From a virus, in the IMG/VR virus record IMGVR_UViG_3300025012_000053, positions 30,415 to 94,414 of that record: a stretch of DNA of 64,000 nt; one strand, given 5' to 3'. The position numbers and the translations under genes are program-made. Positions 39,134-49,324 of the stretch are shown in pieces (within the stretch, counting starts at the first letter, position 1; each line of letters begins with the position of its first letter). A model generated the notes under the pieces. That model saw only the letters and a list, made by a program, of their open reading frames with translations. It was not told where the DNA came from and made no database searches.

Positions 39134-39412
39134 TTGATTGTTATGACTATTGATGATGATTTTTTTAATAAGATCAACAGTATCTGGATGAACAACATAA
39201 ATCAGAGATCTGGTAAAACACAAAGTATCCGTGATATTATTAATGACAGATATGGAATACATAATGATCGTGTAACTCCACATTATTCATTATTCTCTAA
39301 ATCAAGATTAAGGAAAGATCTTCAGACTCATGATAAGATCATAATATTCAGATTTTTTTATAATCTGCGTAATCCAATTGATATTAAACCATTTGAACCT
39401 TTAATTTTCTAA
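39134..39412 (+). CDS. hypothetical protein
   Basis: Contains isolated QRSGKT Walker-A-like peptide. Confidence 0.5.
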   Translation: MIVMTIDDDFFNKINSIWMNNINQRSGKTQSIRDIINDRYGIHNDRVTPHYSLFSKSRLRKDLQTHDKIIIFRFFYNLRNPIDIKPFEPLIF

Positions 39413-39431
39413 ATTTAATAATGTCACACAA

Positions 39432-39869
39432 ATGAAAAAAACATTTCTTATTTTAACGTTATTGTGCCTTACATTCGTTTTAAGCGCACAGGACTATGAA
39501 CTATACAAATGTTCCAGATCAGGATTTCGATACAAAAATGATAATAGATCCTGGTCACAATGGGCATTTTCTGAAGTCGATATGATATTACGGCTTTGCA
39601 TCAAAGAGAATAAACTGGAATTTAATAATAATAATAAAACAGTTTTTTATTTTAATTCTAAATTATTAAATGAATCAGGTGTTGACAAGGATAATGATAA
39701 ATGGACAAAAGTAATATGGTCCGGATTTGATGATGATGGTCTTAAATGTAATCTTGTTTCAATTGATTATCCAGAACTCACTAATAGAAACTTTGTTCTG
39801 GAATATTTTGATTATGAATTTATCTTTGAATGTATAATTCTTAACCCATTTAAAAATACATCAATATGA
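39432..39869 (+). CDS. secreted protein
   Basis: MKKTFLILTLLCLTFVLSA-Q signal peptide. Confidence 0.65.
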   Translation: MKKTFLILTLLCLTFVLSAQDYELYKCSRSGFRYKNDNRSWSQWAFSEVDMILRLCIKENKLEFNNNNKTVFYFNSKLLNESGVDKDNDKWTKVIWSGFDDDGLKCNLVSIDYPELTNRNFVLEYFDYEFIFECIILNPFKNTSI

Positions 39870-40168
39870 AAACATTAATTTATCTTTTCTTCGCTATTAT
39901 CGGGCTTATATGTGCTATTTGCTCGATTGCTATACTTTCTATTCATCCTGTTAATTGTGTTCAGGTTGTAGGACTTCTTTCATTAGCAGTCTTCTCTATG
40001 GCTTCTATGATGATCTTTGGTTATGCATTCTATCATCAAGTTAAAGAAAATCGATTATATGACCTGGCAGCCAAAGAACAACTTGAGAATGATTGGTATT
40101 ATTACGAATTACAATGTAATGAACAGTTATTCAAAGTTGGTAAAGAAAGTTTTGAAAATATGAATTAA
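39866..40168 (+). CDS. membrane protein (2 TM)
   Basis: Two hydrophobic helices. Confidence 0.6.
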   Translation: MKTLIYLFFAIIGLICAICSIAILSIHPVNCVQVVGLLSLAVFSMASMMIFGYAFYHQVKENRLYDLAAKEQLENDWYYYELQCNEQLFKVGKESFENMN

Positions 40169-40293
40169 TACTACACTCTGTAGATTTATTTGCTTTTGTT
40201 ATCTACAGGATGTAATTTTGTTTATGATTTGGGGCTTTACTCATGGTTGGTTTGACAGTATAACCATCTTAGGTAAGTAAAAAACTGTCAAAT

Positions 40294-40366
40294 AGTCCTT
40301 TGGTGTAATTGGCAACACATTAGATTTTGATTCTAAGGAGTTCAGGTTCGATCCCTGAAGGGACTA
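40294..40366 (+). tRNA. tRNA-Gln (anticodon TTG)
   Basis: Acceptor AGTCCTT/AGGGACT, D-arm GTGT/ACAC, anticodon arm TTAGA-TTTTGAT-TCTAA, T-arm TCAGG-TTCGATC-CCTGA; no encoded CCA. Confidence 0.9.
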
Positions 40367-40389
40367 CAAATAATAATATACTCTTAATT

Positions 40390-40513
40390 TGGATGGACCA
40401 TAGAAATATGCCATATTAAGGAAGGGGAACAGTCCAGTTCCCCGAGAGCTACCGGCCATATAGTCAGTCTTCTGTTGGTGACATAGCAGACAGCTGGTAT
40501 CACTTGGAGCTGC
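40390..40513 (+). ncRNA. candidate structured RNA downstream of the tRNA
   Basis: GC-rich island with several stems (CATA-GAAA-TATG, GGGGAAC/GTTCCCC, TACCGGC/GCTGGTA, GTGA-capped stem). Confidence 0.35.
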
Positions 40514-40545
40514 GGCCCGGGATAATATCCTGGGCCTTTTCTTTT
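40514..40545 (+). terminator. intrinsic terminator
   Basis: GGCCCGGGAT/ATCCTGGGCC followed by TTTTCTTTT. Confidence 0.75.
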
Positions 40546-40567
40546 TAAACCAATTAAACTATTATAT

Positions 40568-40852
40568 ATGAAAAATCTTGATGTTGCTGAGATATTATCT
40601 ATTGATGCCAACAATCTCAAACAAAAGCAATTTGAGGCATTGAAACAACATGGAATTGATGTTCTTACTGAAATTATCGATTTACTTAAAAAAGATAAAT
40701 TTGATGATATACGTCAAAGAACATTTTATTCTCCTGCAGGTGATGGAATGGGATCAAATAATAATTGTATTGAATTCAATTGGTGTAATGATAAAGATTC
40801 TGTCGATATTGATTCTTATCTTGATACGCTTGAATCACTAAAAAAGAAATAA
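40568..40852 (+). CDS. hypothetical protein
   Basis: 94 aa; SPAGDGMG motif seen in small phage proteins. Confidence 0.6.
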   Translation: MKNLDVAEILSIDANNLKQKQFEALKQHGIDVLTEIIDLLKKDKFDDIRQRTFYSPAGDGMGSNNNCIEFNWCNDKDSVDIDSYLDTLESLKKK

Positions 40853-40922
40853 CTTTGCTTTCCATTGAATAATATTATAATTTTAAAGTTCACTTAGTAT
40901 TAACAATTAAAAACGCAAGAAA

Positions 40923-41393
40923 ATGAAAAAAAGAAAAGCTTTTCTTCTCGGGTTCCTTGTGTTGGCAATGGTTACTTTGCTGAGTGGTATGGTACGGAGT
41001 AATAATATTGTTGATCAATCTTCAACTATTGTTACGACTGTACAACCACCTGGTGAGTTAATGCCAACTATTATTAATGAAAACATCACTTCTCCGGCCA
41101 GTATATGGATTTGCACCATTAATCCGGGATATGCGGTTAACGCATCCGTAGTCATCTCTGATGCCATTTTATTTACGGACATGTTAGACATACAATGCTA
41201 TACTTATTATATTATTGAAAAACCGGAGTTCAAATTGCAACCATTGGAAGGTTATATCAATCAAATAGATAAATATCCCTTTGCCCGATTGCAAAACCAG
41301 TTAAGGATTCATAAATACTTAGCTACTCAATCTGCCCGTTCATGGGTTTATCGTCAGCCAAGAGATGGACTTAGACAGAGTTGGCAAGCATAA
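40923..41393 (+). CDS. signal-peptide/TM protein
   Basis: MKKRKAFLLGFLVLAMV; TAACTTTG promoter at 40850-40857; own terminator. Confidence 0.6.
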   Translation: MKKRKAFLLGFLVLAMVTLLSGMVRSNNIVDQSSTIVTTVQPPGELMPTIINENITSPASIWICTINPGYAVNASVVISDAILFTDMLDIQCYTYYIIEKPEFKLQPLEGYINQIDKYPFARLQNQLRIHKYLATQSARSWVYRQPRDGLRQSWQA

Positions 41394-41417
41394 CATATCT
41401 AAAAGATCTTAAATTTC

Positions 41418-41448
41418 AAGGACCGGTCAAAAGCCGGTCCTTTTTTTT
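41418..41448 (+). terminator. intrinsic terminator
   Basis: GGACCGG/CCGGTCC followed by T8. Confidence 0.8.
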
Positions 41449-41467
41449 ATCTAATATTTAAATTATT

Positions 41468-41653
41468 ATGGGAGAAATAGCTGATAGTATGATTAATGGT
41501 GAGTTCTGTCAATCATGCGGTGAATACATTGGTAATGCAACTGGTTATCCAAGACATTGTTCTGGATGCAAACCAAAAAATAATAAGAAGAAAAAGCATG
41601 TTACAGTGAATAATAATATTATTGCATATAATTCTTTACCAAAAAGACCATGA
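41468..41653 (+). CDS. small Zn-binding phage protein
   Basis: MGEIADSMINGEFCQSCG...GYPRHCSGC. Confidence 0.65.
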   Translation: MGEIADSMINGEFCQSCGEYIGNATGYPRHCSGCKPKNNKKKKHVTVNNNIIAYNSLPKRP

Positions 41654-42018
41654 AAAACCATACTGAAGAAGAACTTAAAGCAATGATGAAAGATGTTCTA
41701 CTTGAGAGTATTGATAAAATAGCATCTGCAGTAACTAAGAAGTTAAAAGTTGCTATTAAAATGGATCGTAGTCAACATGTTCGTAATGAACATAGATTAG
41801 AATTCGTTAAGAAATATTCTACTTTGTGCAAAGAAGCATTTGGAGATGATCATGATAATGTTCATCACAGAGATTATAAAAAATCTGGTTTGGGGAAAGC
41901 TATTGTTGCACTTGCTCGCGAAGAACCAAATTATAAACTAACTACATACTCAGGTGATATTTATCGTTTAGTCGGAATAACATATTTCAAATCAATTAAT
42001 AAATGGCCATACAAATAA
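41650..42018 (+). CDS. hypothetical protein
   Basis: 122 aa ORF in operon. Confidence 0.55.
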   Translation: MKNHTEEELKAMMKDVLLESIDKIASAVTKKLKVAIKMDRSQHVRNEHRLEFVKKYSTLCKEAFGDDHDNVHHRDYKKSGLGKAIVALAREEPNYKLTTYSGDIYRLVGITYFKSINKWPYK

Positions 42019-42024
42019 TTAATA

Positions 42025-42216
42025 ATGAAAAAATTGAGTTTTCGAACAATCAATTCTGTAATGGGGAAAGAACAGAGCCCCATACAAAGACAGTTCTCCA
42101 ATAAGATCAAAGGTCTTGGTAGAACTAAACCTATTAAATTAGGCAATAAACCTGGTAATAATGATCCATGTCCCTGTGGATCCGGAAGAAAGTTTAAGCA
42201 ATGTTGTAAATCATAA
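42025..42216 (+). CDS. SEC-C motif protein
   Basis: [16 protein letters not shown]. Confidence 0.85.
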   Translation: MKKLSFRTINSVMGKEQSPIQRQFSNKIKGLGRTKPIKLGNKPGNNDPCPCGSGRKFKQCCKS

Positions 42217-42220
42217 TTAT

Positions 42221-42490
42221 ATGGATGCTAATGAAGCAAACTATAAATTAGATGATTTAGTAGCATTAGCTAAATCAACTACAGTAAGCCTTACATTGAA
42301 TCAACTGAGTCAATATATGAGCCTGTATCACTAACGCAGAGATGATGAATCTTTAATAAAGATGAATTATTGTATGCTTATTCTTCTTATGAAACAAGGA
42401 CTATTTAATATTGAACAAACGAGAAAAGATATGTCTTTTATGTTGAATCAACGAGAATTATTACAAATGGTTAAAGACTTCAAATCATGA
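42221..42490 (+). pseudogene. 89-codon gene with an in-frame TAA at 42332-42334
   Basis: MDANEANYKL...SLYH*RRDDESLIKM...KDFKS*; final TGA overlaps the next ATG. Confidence 0.6.
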
Positions 42491-42717
42491 CAAGAGAAAT
42501 AGCTATCCGATTGGCTCCTATCTTTAAACATGATTTTAAGAGAGCCAGATATCAGCAGGCTTGTATGCATAATCTATTTGCAAATCCTCATGTAAAATCT
42601 AAAGAGATTGGTCGATTTGATCGTAAAACAATTCTCTTTGATATTACTAAGGCTTTATATCTTGAATGCAGACAAGTTCTTGGTTTAAAATATAACGATC
42701 CATTACCAACTAAATAA
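42487..42717 (+). CDS. hypothetical protein
   Basis: 76 aa ORF. Confidence 0.55.
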   Translation: MTREIAIRLAPIFKHDFKRARYQQACMHNLFANPHVKSKEIGRFDRKTILFDITKALYLECRQVLGLKYNDPLPTK

Positions 42718-42725
42718 AATATGTC

Positions 42726-42956
42726 ATGAGTAAAAACAGAGCTATTACCGCTAATATATCCGCACATTACGGATATAATTTCCTTGATACTTCAGCTACA
42801 AGAGTTGTAAGCGAAAGTGAACGTAAAGGAATAAAGAGAATGAAAAGAAGAGTACGTAATGAAGGTCCATTCAACGAATCCCGGATAGTACGTATTCATA
42901 CTCTTGATGAACCTAAAGCTTTAAGAGTAATAAGTAATCTTCTCAAGAGATATTGA
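42726..42956 (+). CDS. hypothetical protein
   Basis: 76 aa basic ORF. Confidence 0.55.
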   Translation: MSKNRAITANISAHYGYNFLDTSATRVVSESERKGIKRMKRRVRNEGPFNESRIVRIHTLDEPKALRVISNLLKRY

Positions 42957-43016
42957 TCTTATAACAAGGAATGACTATATGTTATTCCCTATTTCTTTTA
43001 ACTAATATTAATAATC

Positions 43017-43598
43017 ATGTATGATAACTTATTATATCGTCAGATAAAAGATGTTCCTATTGCTGTTATTCAGGAAAAAGTATCAGAAGCAACAAAAATT
43101 CCTTTATCCTTAATATTACTTGGAAATAAAGCACCAGGAGCAAGGAGAAAAGAATATGTTATGGCAAGACAGATATCTATGTATCTTTCTAAAGATCTTA
43201 CCAGATTTAGTCTCGCTGTCATTGGTGTTGAACATGCCGGCAGGGATCATGCTACAGTATTACATTCAATAAAAACTATTACTAATTTTATCGACATAAA
43301 TGATCATGATGTAACATTGAATGTAAAAAAATCTATAGATCTTATCAGAACATGGAATAATAACAGGCCAGATAAAATAAGACAACCTACCCTTAAAGAA
43401 CTTATACGTAAAAAGAAATATCTTTCTTATGATATAAAGGTTGTTAACGAACAAATCAATGCTTTACTTATGCCTAATATTCCAGGTAAATCTAAACTTG
43501 TTAAAACATGGATCCTTAATAAAGTTCCTCTTGATGTCAGACAAAAACTTCTTTTAATTCTTGTAAATATAAAAAATTATGAAAGCAAAAACTATTGA
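43017..43598 (+). CDS. DnaA C-terminal-like HTH protein
   Basis: RKEYVMARQISMYL...SLAVIG..AGRDHATVLHSIKTI. Confidence 0.85.
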   Translation: MYDNLLYRQIKDVPIAVIQEKVSEATKIPLSLILLGNKAPGARRKEYVMARQISMYLSKDLTRFSLAVIGVEHAGRDHATVLHSIKTITNFIDINDHDVTLNVKKSIDLIRTWNNNRPDKIRQPTLKELIRKKKYLSYDIKVVNEQINALLMPNIPGKSKLVKTWILNKVPLDVRQKLLLILVNIKNYESKNY

Positions 43599-44490
43599 AC
43601 AAATTCTTCGCGGATCATTCGCTAAATTCCTTAAATCTATTACCGATGAAAAGGTAAGAAGTCTGGTTAAAGATAATTCTATTATAACTGGTGGAGCTAT
43701 TGTGTCTCTTATTCAAAATGAAGAGGTAAATGATTTTGATGTATATTTCACTAATAAAGAAACTGTTGTTACTGTATGTGAATATTACAGGAATTTGCTT
43801 ATTAAAGGAGATATATCATTTGAAATGATAAGAATAGAACAAGTTGCTGATGCTAATGGTAATATTTACCCAGATACTGGCCGTGTTAAATTCTATATTC
43901 CAAGTAATGGTATACGAAAGATAAATGCAACAGGTAAGAAATATTTCCCTGCAGTGATAACTGATAATGCTATATCTCTTACAAATAAGTTTCAACTTAT
44001 TATAAGATTTTATGGCCCAGCTGCTGAGATTCATAAAAATTATGATTTTGTTCATGTAAGATCATATTGGCTGTCAAAAGATGGTAATTTGTATCTTAAT
44101 CCTAATTCTCTTGAATGTATCCTTACAAAAGAATTGCGCTACATAGGTTCTTTGTATCCTCTCGCCTCTTTATTCAGGTTGCGTAAGTTCTTATCCAGGG
44201 GATGGACAATAAGTGCCGGAGACATCTTTAAAATAGCTTTTCAAGTATCTAAGCTTAACTTCACTGATCCTTCAACAATATATGATCAGTTAATCGGTGT
44301 TGATATACATTATTTCCAATACATGATCTTTAGAATACAAGAAGATCTTAAATTGGATAAAATCAAAGAAGTTGATCAGGATTATTTATCGAAGCTTATT
44401 GATGAGATCTTTCATTCATCAGAAGAATATAAAGTTGATGCATATCTTAATGCTGAAGAAAAAGATGAAACAATTAAATCTGAAGAATAA
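43579..44490 (+). CDS. phage nucleotidyltransferase-fold protein
   Basis: ITGGAIVSL...NDFDVYF (GG + DxD), YDFVH, SLFRLRKFLSRGW. Confidence 0.7.
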   Translation: MKAKTIEQILRGSFAKFLKSITDEKVRSLVKDNSIITGGAIVSLIQNEEVNDFDVYFTNKETVVTVCEYYRNLLIKGDISFEMIRIEQVADANGNIYPDTGRVKFYIPSNGIRKINATGKKYFPAVITDNAISLTNKFQLIIRFYGPAAEIHKNYDFVHVRSYWLSKDGNLYLNPNSLECILTKELRYIGSLYPLASLFRLRKFLSRGWTISAGDIFKIAFQVSKLNFTDPSTIYDQLIGVDIHYFQYMIFRIQEDLKLDKIKEVDQDYLSKLIDEIFHSSEEYKVDAYLNAEEKDETIKSEE

Positions 44491-44831
44491 TGTCATATAC
44501 AAAAGGTAGTTGGGAACCTGTATATCAGTTATACAAAAAGGCTCCTAAGAAAATATGTACTGGTGTTGGTATTAATACAAAATTCCAGGGTGGTATGTAT
44601 ACTGAATTTGTTTGTAACTCAATATTACCAGAGACAGATGAAGATTATATTAAACAGGCAGATGAGATTGAAAGTAACATGAAGCTAATTGCAGCTGCCC
44701 CAGATATGCTTGAAGCATTAATATCAGCAAATAATTATTTTGTTGATCTACAAAATAAATGTGCTCTTACTAATTCAGATGAAAGAGCATGGAAATTAAT
44801 TTCAAAAGCAATTAAAAAAGCAACAAAATGA
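44490..44831 (+). CDS. hypothetical phage protein
   Basis: NMKLIAAAPDMLEAL motif common in phage early proteins. Confidence 0.65.
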   Translation: MSYTKGSWEPVYQLYKKAPKKICTGVGINTKFQGGMYTEFVCNSILPETDEDYIKQADEIESNMKLIAAAPDMLEALISANNYFVDLQNKCALTNSDERAWKLISKAIKKATK

Positions 44832-45487
44832 GTAAAAATCGTATAATAACAGAAGATCCCCTGCAACAAGTATTATTCCAGGGCATTAATTCATTAACAG
44901 ATGCTGAAACACTTTCATTAGTAATAGCAGGAAGAAATTCAATAAATAAAGCTAAAGAATTACTTACAAAAGTTAATTACAATTATGTTGATCTTGCTAA
45001 AATGTCATATCATGAACTGGTTAATGAAGGTTTAACTGCAGGACAAGCAACAAGAGTAATAGCCTGTAATAGTTATTCTAATCGTAAAGCAAGCCAGGTA
45101 GCAGAAGAAAAATATCAGATTAAATGCTCCAAAGATGTATTTGATATAATGTCTCCATTGTTAACAGATCTTGTGCATGAAGAATTCTGGATACTATTTC
45201 TTAATAGATCTAATAAAGTAATAGGCAAGATGAAACTCAGCCAGGGAGGAATAAGTGGTACCGTTACCGACGTCAGACTGGTGATGAAAAAGGCGATCGA
45301 ATGCCTTGCCTCCGGAATCATTGTTTGTCATAATCATCCATCAGGTAATCTTAATCCCAGTGAATCAGATTCTAATATAACACAGAAGATTAAAGAAGCT
45401 GGAAAATTAATGGATATACAACTTCTTGACCATGTAATAATATCAGAAAAAGAACATTATAGTTTCGCCAATAATGGTCTATTATAA
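44828..45487 (+). CDS. radC: RadC / JAB-domain protein
   Basis: LTDAETL, EEFWILFLN, HNHPSGNLNPSESD, LLDHVII. Confidence 0.9.
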   Translation: MSKNRIITEDPLQQVLFQGINSLTDAETLSLVIAGRNSINKAKELLTKVNYNYVDLAKMSYHELVNEGLTAGQATRVIACNSYSNRKASQVAEEKYQIKCSKDVFDIMSPLLTDLVHEEFWILFLNRSNKVIGKMKLSQGGISGTVTDVRLVMKKAIECLASGIIVCHNHPSGNLNPSESDSNITQKIKEAGKLMDIQLLDHVIISEKEHYSFANNGLL

Positions 45488-45501
45488 CTAACAACTAACC
45501 A

Positions 45502-45777
45502 ATGGAAAAGATACTTGAAATACTAAGAAAAAACTGGGGGACTGCCAATATTGACAATCATCCCAATGCAGAGAAAGGATTTGCAGAACTCGCTCAACTA
45601 ATGAACAGTGACCTACGAAGTTAACTTGTTCAATTTTTGTCTGAATGTATAATTGAATTACCTGAAGGTAAAGATTGTATTGATTTGGTTGACGAATACC
45701 TCGCATCCCGTCCCGACAGTAAGGCTGTAACGGATTTAAAGGATGATATTTTATTAGATAATAAAGAGTATGATTAA
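45502..45777 (+). pseudogene. 91-codon gene with an in-frame TAA at 45622-45624
   Basis: MEKILEILRKNWG...DLRS*LVQFLSECIIE...VDEYLASRP...EYD*. Confidence 0.6.
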
Positions 45778-45796
45778 ACAATAAAAAGATTAACTA

Positions 45797-48700
45797 ATGA
45801 GAATTGAATTAGATGAAAATCAGATTTTAGAAGCTGCAATGGACTTTGAGGGAGATGTTGATTTTATGGAGAACCTCATTAATAAACTGACTCGAAATTA
45901 TAGCGAATTAAATGAGTTAATTATAAGACTTTATGAAACACTTCCTTATGATAGAAAAGAATCATTAATAAAATATATTACGCAAAGGCACTCAGAGACA
46001 ATAAAATAAAATAAGATGAAAATAGGAGATAAAGTAAAGTTCGTAAGTGCTGACGATGATCAGGTTAAATGGGGTAGTAATGATGATCCCAGATTAGTAT
46101 TAAATACTGATGATGTATATGAAATTGAATCTATTGAGGTTCATTCATGGCATACCAAAATTTATCTTAAAGGAATAAAAGGTAAGTTTAATTCTGTCAG
46201 TTTTAAATTAGTTTAATCACTAAATAGAAAGAAGATGAAAAGACCGGTTTGGTGTCCTCATTTAGATTGTAATTTTAAAACTCATTCTCAAAACTTAATG
46301 TGTGTTGGTTATTTACCAAAGCCTGAAAGGCATGATGATAGTTTAAATGATTATCGGTTATGTATTGATACAAGAGAGACAGGACACGATATATTTGATT
46401 TGCAAATAAATAAAGGTGATGTATGGAATTTAATAAGGATTTTGAAAACAATAACTTAACAAATAGACTATGAAAGACGAACTATATAAAAAGGTATTTA
46501 TCCACAGTGAAGAGGATTTGCCAGAAGTAAAGGACAATTATGTTATAAAAGAAAAATTAAGAGTATATCCTACAAATTATACTTTTGATCCTTTAAGTGA
46601 ATATGATAAAAAAACACTATTATCAATAGTTAACTGGTACTTACAGCCTATTTCTCAGCCAGAGTTAAGCAACGACAAAACCATTATAGAGAAGATGGAG
46701 GAGCTGATAGCTTATTATGACTTAGAATATTGTCCTTTAGCATCAAAATCAATTACATTTAGACTTATTGAAAAAGGTAAAAATAAACTTAAAAGAGAAC
46801 TATCATCACTGAAGGATAAGAGTAATAACTAATAAATATTAAAACAATGAGTTTATACAACATGATTAATGGAGTAAATCCGGCAACATTTTTTATACTA
46901 CCGATGATAGCTGAAAAACATCCTGATAATTATCCGAGATTTAGAGATTGTTTCATCGGAGAATTGTTAAATAGTGATGAAGATGATCAATTTGGTATTC
47001 CCAAAAAGAAAACCGATGATTCAAAAACTATAAGCATATACACACGTACAGGAGGTGGTAATCGTAGTGATTATTATGAGCAGATAAATGAAATACGTGC
47101 AATTCCAGGCTTTATAAAAGACTACGATGATGACTTTGACTCTACATTTATGACTTTTCTTTTTGCTGTGCCGGACGAATTTAAATCTGATTTTGACTTA
47201 ATAACCAATGGCAAAATTAAAGAGATAAGCGAAAATTATAAGTCACGGTTATATAAAGTATTTCCAAAGCTAAAAGATACATTCGATAAAATATTTAGTG
47301 AAGAGTAACCAATAACAAGAGATATGACAACAATTGAAAAATTAAATTTCAGGTTACACCAGTCAAGTAATGATGAAAATTCTGCAATTATTAATAATCT
47401 TATTGATAAGGTAAATGAACTTACCGAAAAAGTTAATGAGCTGAATTATGAAGTTGGAACCATACATGAATGGAAGATTGAAAAGGAAGGTATTTAACAA
47501 CTAAACCTACAACCATGTCAGACAAAAAGATAGAAATTATAGTAGATGCGAAAGAACTATTAAAAGGTACGTCATATCCTGATTTAAAGCCACAGGAACC
47601 TTTTATTATAACTGCACCGCCAATATATGAGAGATCATTTGAAGATTACCAAGACGGTAAAGCATGTCGCAGAGAAAGAAGATTAAAGAAACGCAATAAA
47701 CCAACAGAGCAATGAAAACAATACGAACTTATCCAAAAGTATGTGATTCTTGTAAAAGTACAGGAGTTATATCCGAACCATTCCCGTCAACTACAAGCAT
47801 TACTAAAATGTGTCCAGCCTGTTCAGGCAGTGGTGTAGTTATAGTAACAGAAGTAATTGAAACAGATGAGTTATCCGCCTTAGAAAAGGAAGTGCCGGAA
47901 GAGAAGAAGTGCATTGTAGCTAATCATAATTTTATTTGTGATGATAAAGGAATTACTACTTGCAAGGATTGTCATTTAACAATTAATTATCCATTTGAAT
48001 AAAATATATTAAAAATGAGTACAACTGCAGGTAATGACAAAACGAACATGGAATGGATTGAAACTATTCCAGAAAAAGCTGAAAGCCTTAAAGAATCAGA
48101 TAAAATTAACTGGTTCAATTCTTGCCTACAAATAGCCCTTACAGACTTAAATGCGATTGAATGTATAGATTGCGGATATGTTTGTAAAGAAAAAGATTTA
48201 GACAATAGAACGTGCAAACATTCAAAAGATGAGATATTAATTTGTCCAAAATGTAAATCACGTGATCTTAAATATTATTAATACTAAAAAGATGAGATAT
48301 GAAAGCTAAAAGTGCAAAAGAGTACTGGAAAGAAAGATTCGGAGAAGATCCAAAGAGTGATTCGGATAAGTTTGCAGTAGGGATGATGCAGGATTACGCC
48401 TCTGAATGCCAGCAAAAGTCATTGTCGGATGAAGAAATAGAAAATGGTATAACAGTTCTTGCTACACTCCATGCAAAACAATCAGTCGGTGATTGGGCTA
48501 CTGGATATATAACAGGCGCAAAGTGGGCCAGGGACAAACAGAAGGGAGGTAAGCCATGAAAGCAACAGAGCTGAGACTTGGAAATTTAATAAAGATTGGG
48601 GGTAATACGATTGATACATATCAAACGTATAAATCAACCAAGGTGACACTTGCAATATTGAATGAAATTGCAGGAGAAAATGATGAAAGGCCAGATGCTG

Positions 48701-49307
48701 AATTATCAGTCTTTATGCCTATTCCCCTCACAGAAGAGTGGTTGCTGAAGTTTCATCTAAATGAGGACATAGAGAAAAGTACAAGATTCCCAAATGAAAT
48801 AACTATTTATGATCGCTTTTTATTCATCTGGAAAGAAAATTATAAATACTGGTACGTAATGACGAGTAACCATAAAGAATTTCTCACAAAGATTGAATTT
48901 GTTCATGAGTATCAGAACTTTATATTTGCTTTGACTGGAAACGAATTAACATATGAGCCATGAGTAAGTATTATAAACGAGTGAAAGCCGATAATTACGT
49001 TTTCGGTACAAATATTAACGGTACGGATGAATCAGGAATAATGAGTTTAACAAACCCTCCTGTATTAATATGCCTATGCCCTAAAGATAGATCAAAAGTA
49101 TTACTTGACTCTTTAAATGCCGGGTTTGTCGAAGCAGAGGCGTATGAACGAGAATTTGTAGGGTGGTGGTTTACAAAAGGATTAATGGAATTTGCAATAG
49201 AGGCATTTTCAACCCCAGTGTTGTTTATCAAATTTGCCGAAGGGAGTAAGAAAAAATACACTCTTGGCGAACTGCACGAATATTGGCAGAAGGAGGTAAA
49301 ACAATGA
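45797..49307 (+). other. cluster of small hypothetical early genes (45797-46009, 46016-46216, 46235-46459, 46470-46832, 46847-47308, ~47324-47497, 47515-47715, 47712-48002, 48015-48281, 48299-48559, 48556-48963, 48960-49307)
   Basis: Tightly packed plus-strand ORFs; several carry motifs typical of Bacteroidota-phage small proteins (MKATELRLGN...PIPLTEEWL; YPRFRDCF...YTRTGGGNR; Zn ribbons). Confidence 0.65.
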
Positions 49308-49324
49308 ATATAAATAAATAATAT

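Noticed and set aside
33306-39412. Terminase Walker-A-like peptides in small ORFs (RRRRSGKK at 33306..33506; QRSGKT at 39134..39412) as further decoys
   Set aside because: The matches are too short to distinguish from chance without a homology search.
40231-40545. tmRNA (GGGGCT...GGTTTGACAG start resembles a tmRNA 5' end)
   Set aside because: No matching T-arm/acceptor 3' end or tag ORF downstream; a tRNA follows instead.
40384-40620. Minus-strand 78-aa ORF over the ncRNA candidate
   Set aside because: Opposes the local transcription direction and spans a plus-strand terminator.
45488-45781. Minus-strand 97-aa ORF
   Set aside because: Antisense to the interrupted plus-strand gene 45502..45777 in a plus-strand operon.
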